A DNA stretch of 64,000 nucleotides, from contig OZ271918.1 of assembly GCA_965602015.1 (NCBI GenBank), positions 1,472,001 through 1,536,000 on the forward strand, in the 5' to 3' direction. A program made the translations under genes and the position numbers. The notes beneath the pieces were generated by a model, which saw only the letters and a program-made list of their open reading frames with translations, was not told where the DNA came from and made no database searches. This document shows positions 61,727 through 64,000 of the stretch, in pieces; position 1 is the stretch's first letter, and each line of letters begins with the position of its first letter. This DNA comes from Salinispira sp. GTDB taxonomy: Bacteria > Spirochaetota > Spirochaetia > DSM-27196 > Salinispiraceae.

Positions 61727-61759
61727 AAAACGCGCAGGCCGTCGAGGACAGCCTGCGCG
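61727..61759 (-). terminator. terminator after ATPase K subunit gene
   Basis: CGCGCAGGC..GCCTGCGCG stem followed by TTTT on the minus strand. Confidence 0.65.
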
Positions 61760-61792
61760 AGAGAATTCACAATAGCGGTTTTAGCTCGTGCC

Positions 61793-62227
61793 TTAGAGAA
61801 GGCCCAGCATAAAGACCATGACAAAAAGGGCGACTGTCTCGATAAGACCGAGAACCAGGATGAAGTTACCAAAACCCTTACCGGTCTCGCCAAGGGCATC
61901 CGAGGCAACAGCGCCTGCCTTACCCTGGAACCATGCGGAGAAGCCCATTGCCACTCCCCCGAGCACCCCGACAGTGAGCAGCAGCCAGGGATCGGCTGTG
62001 CCGGCAAGGGCTGCCACCCGAATCCGTCCCATGAGGATAAATCCGTAAATGGTCTGAGTCAGCGGCGCACCAACGAATGCTACCAGCATAAAGGGAGCCG
62101 GCCGATTCTGGATATAACATTTCTTCCATGCGCCGACCGCTGACATTCCTGCACTACCAGCACCAAATGCTGATCCGACTGCCGCGAGAGCGAGGGCTGC
62201 GCCCACACCAATAAAACCAAAATTCAT
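61793..62227 (-). CDS. ntpK: V/A-type ATPase subunit K (4-TM proteolipid)
   Basis: AAVGSAFG, PLTQTIYG, SAWFQGK, GLIETVALF; AAGGAG RBS. Confidence 0.93.
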   Translation of the reverse strand: MNFGFIGVGAALALAAVGSAFGAGSAGMSAVGAWKKCYIQNRPAPFMLVAFVGAPLTQTIYGFILMGRIRVAALAGTADPWLLLTVGVLGGVAMGFSAWFQGKAGAVASDALGETGKGFGNFILVLGLIETVALFVMVFMLGLL

Positions 62228-62253
62228 GTCTTACTCCTTAACCCGTGAGTATC

Positions 62254-63999
62254 TTATTGTTTAAAGGGCTTGTACTCAAACCCAGCCCATTCATTACCCA
62301 AATGCGACGAAAATTCCAACATTTTTAGGCGAATTCCGTGAACAACCACCGAAAGCGCCCCCATTACCAGATTGAGGGTGTGCCCCAAAAGCAGAACGAA
62401 CACTCCGCCGACAATACCTCCAACCCCGCTTTCCATCATACCCTCAGCCATGCCATTAAAGCTCTTGGCAATCTCGATTGAAGCCAAACCAACGGCAAAC
62501 AATCGGATGTACGAAATGACATCGGCGAAGGCACTGACTCCGCTCAAGGCAATATTGATAAAATCTGACAGAGCCCGAATTACTCCCTTCAGGAAGCCGT
62601 CTCCCTCCTGTCCGGAGAAGAGAAAAACCACGGCAACTCCGCTGCCGATGAGGTATATAGCCCAGGACGGCACAGGGTATTCCTCTACCGAAATAACGAC
62701 GTTTAACACCAAAAAGAATAACCCGACTATGGCCGACATCCATCCCAGATCGGCGAAGGCGTGGATGCGGGGTGATTCTTTTATCTTTTTCAGAAACGCC
62801 AGGGTGTGGGCGAGAATCAGATGAACAAGCGCAATGGCAAAACAGAGAAACTGTATCATCTGAGTCACCGCCGCGGAGTTTTCAACGGCGAAGCTATCCA
62901 GCGCCGGAACAACCAGGGATGACAAAACCGGAAGATCTGCAATGGGTCCGTATCCGAACCAGTTGCCGGTTACTGCGCCCCAAGCCACGGTTGCTATGCT
63001 CAGCACATTGAACAAAATAAGCCCGTCGGGAACCCTCCCGTTCTTGATTTTCGCCTTGATCGTCATAAACAGGGAGGCAATGGTAAGAATGGCGCCATAG
63101 CCCGCATCACCGATAATCATGGCAAAAAAGAGGGTAAAAAATATCAGGAACCAAAAGGAAATATCCTGTTCCCGGTATCCGGGGGTGGTGCCCATAAACT
63201 GAAATACCGGCTTAATGATACCCACAGCCCGGGGATTTTCCACCTTGGTCGGAACCGGATCGTCGGCCCCGGGATCCTGAAGAATAAGTCCCAGGCCTTC
63301 ATTGGCAGCAAAGGTCTTCAGGGCATCGGTGTCGGTTTTGGGGATAAAACCGCTTATTTCGCAAATCTGCTCCAGATCAGTAAGCTCCTCAAGGGATGCC
63401 TCAACCGATGCAAATTCGAAGGCCGAAGCATGAAGGTCCAGGGCAGCTTCGATGGCACGCCTTTCTGGCTGCATGCCCATAATTTGAGCACGAAGCAGCT
63501 TGCTGCGCTCTCCCGCTTTACTAAGCTCCTGCTGTAATTCTGTCAAAGACCGCTCGGGAACCCGGAAACTATCCAGATCCGCATCCTGCGGGTCATCGAG
63601 AAGCAGCAGGTATCGCTTGTCTTTGGTCTTCCGCACGAGGATGTAGCGAAGTTCTTCCGGGATGCGCTTCATCTGGTCCAAAGTCGCTGTTGCCAGGCTG
63701 AGGTAAACCCCTGAGTTTTGAATACTTTGCAGACTGGCCGGAGCAAAATCTCCCCAGTCCTTCACCCGGTTTATCTCCCGACGTATTTTCTCGACCTGTT
63801 CCTCAGCCTCCTTTAATTCGGCGGATTTGGACAACACATGTCGGGCCATCTCAACTGCTTCATCGAGACTTTGTGCTTTGAGGTCATCGGCGCTTTCGGC
63901 CGTGGCGGGAATCGCCGTCAGAGCCCGCTGAAGAAGCGAACCCTGTTCTTTAAGCTGATCGAGATCGGGACTCTCGGCATCTCTGGTTTCGATGTGAAT
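62254..63999 (-). CDS. ntpI: V/A-type ATPase subunit I (5' end beyond the window)
   Basis: PTKVEN, PGYRE.D, IIGDAGYG, DVISYIRLFAVGLA, HGIRL..LEF. Frame is open upstream of 63849 to the window edge. Confidence 0.95.
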   Translation of the reverse strand: MHIETRDAESPDLDQLKEQGSLLQRALTAIPATAESADDLKAQSLDEAVEMARHVLSKSAELKEAEEQVEKIRREINRVKDWGDFAPASLQSIQNSGVYLSLATATLDQMKRIPEELRYILVRKTKDKRYLLLLDDPQDADLDSFRVPERSLTELQQELSKAGERSKLLRAQIMGMQPERRAIEAALDLHASAFEFASVEASLEELTDLEQICEISGFIPKTDTDALKTFAANEGLGLILQDPGADDPVPTKVENPRAVGIIKPVFQFMGTTPGYREQDISFWFLIFFTLFFAMIIGDAGYGAILTIASLFMTIKAKIKNGRVPDGLILFNVLSIATVAWGAVTGNWFGYGPIADLPVLSSLVVPALDSFAVENSAAVTQMIQFLCFAIALVHLILAHTLAFLKKIKESPRIHAFADLGWMSAIVGLFFLVLNVVISVEEYPVPSWAIYLIGSGVAVVFLFSGQEGDGFLKGVIRALSDFINIALSGVSAFADVISYIRLFAVGLASIEIAKSFNGMAEGMMESGVGGIVGGVFVLLLGHTLNLVMGALSVVVHGIRLKMLEFSSHLGNEWAGFEYKPFKQ

Positions 64000-64000
64000 C

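Overview
Mostly core chromosome of a free-living spirochaete (Spirochaetaceae-like; inferred from gene order and spirochaete-type envelope proteins, no search run). Left to right: a partial TamB-like gene divergent from tmk; yebC-ruvCAB-queA; lepB-like / smpB-hisN-tmRNA (tag ADNADYAMAA); a small accessory stretch at about 10.8-18.2 kb (GGA-rich structured element, orphan ORFs, condensation-fold acyltransferase plus Zn-ribbon membrane protein, NCS2 permease, thioesterase with an in-frame stop coupled to an ankyrin lipoprotein, rhodanese lipoprotein); purB-guaB-purA-guaA; folD-folE2 and a two-gene split purH; an OmpW-like barrel plus lipoprotein; a 1698-aa Ig-repeat/beta-helix protein; PRTase, htrA, map, nusB, SurA-like and J-domain genes; gap-pgk-tpiA-secG; uvrA-lptD-phoH-ybeY-corC-TPR; and V/A-type ATPase subunits I and K with a Na+ signature. 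No CRISPR, integrase, transposase, phage or known defence genes were seen. The best candidates for undescribed biology are the GGA-rich element behind tmRNA, the acyltransferase/Zn-ribbon membrane pair, the thioesterase-ankyrin/rhodanese divergon, and repeated leaderless-type promoter architecture. All of these remain hypotheses.
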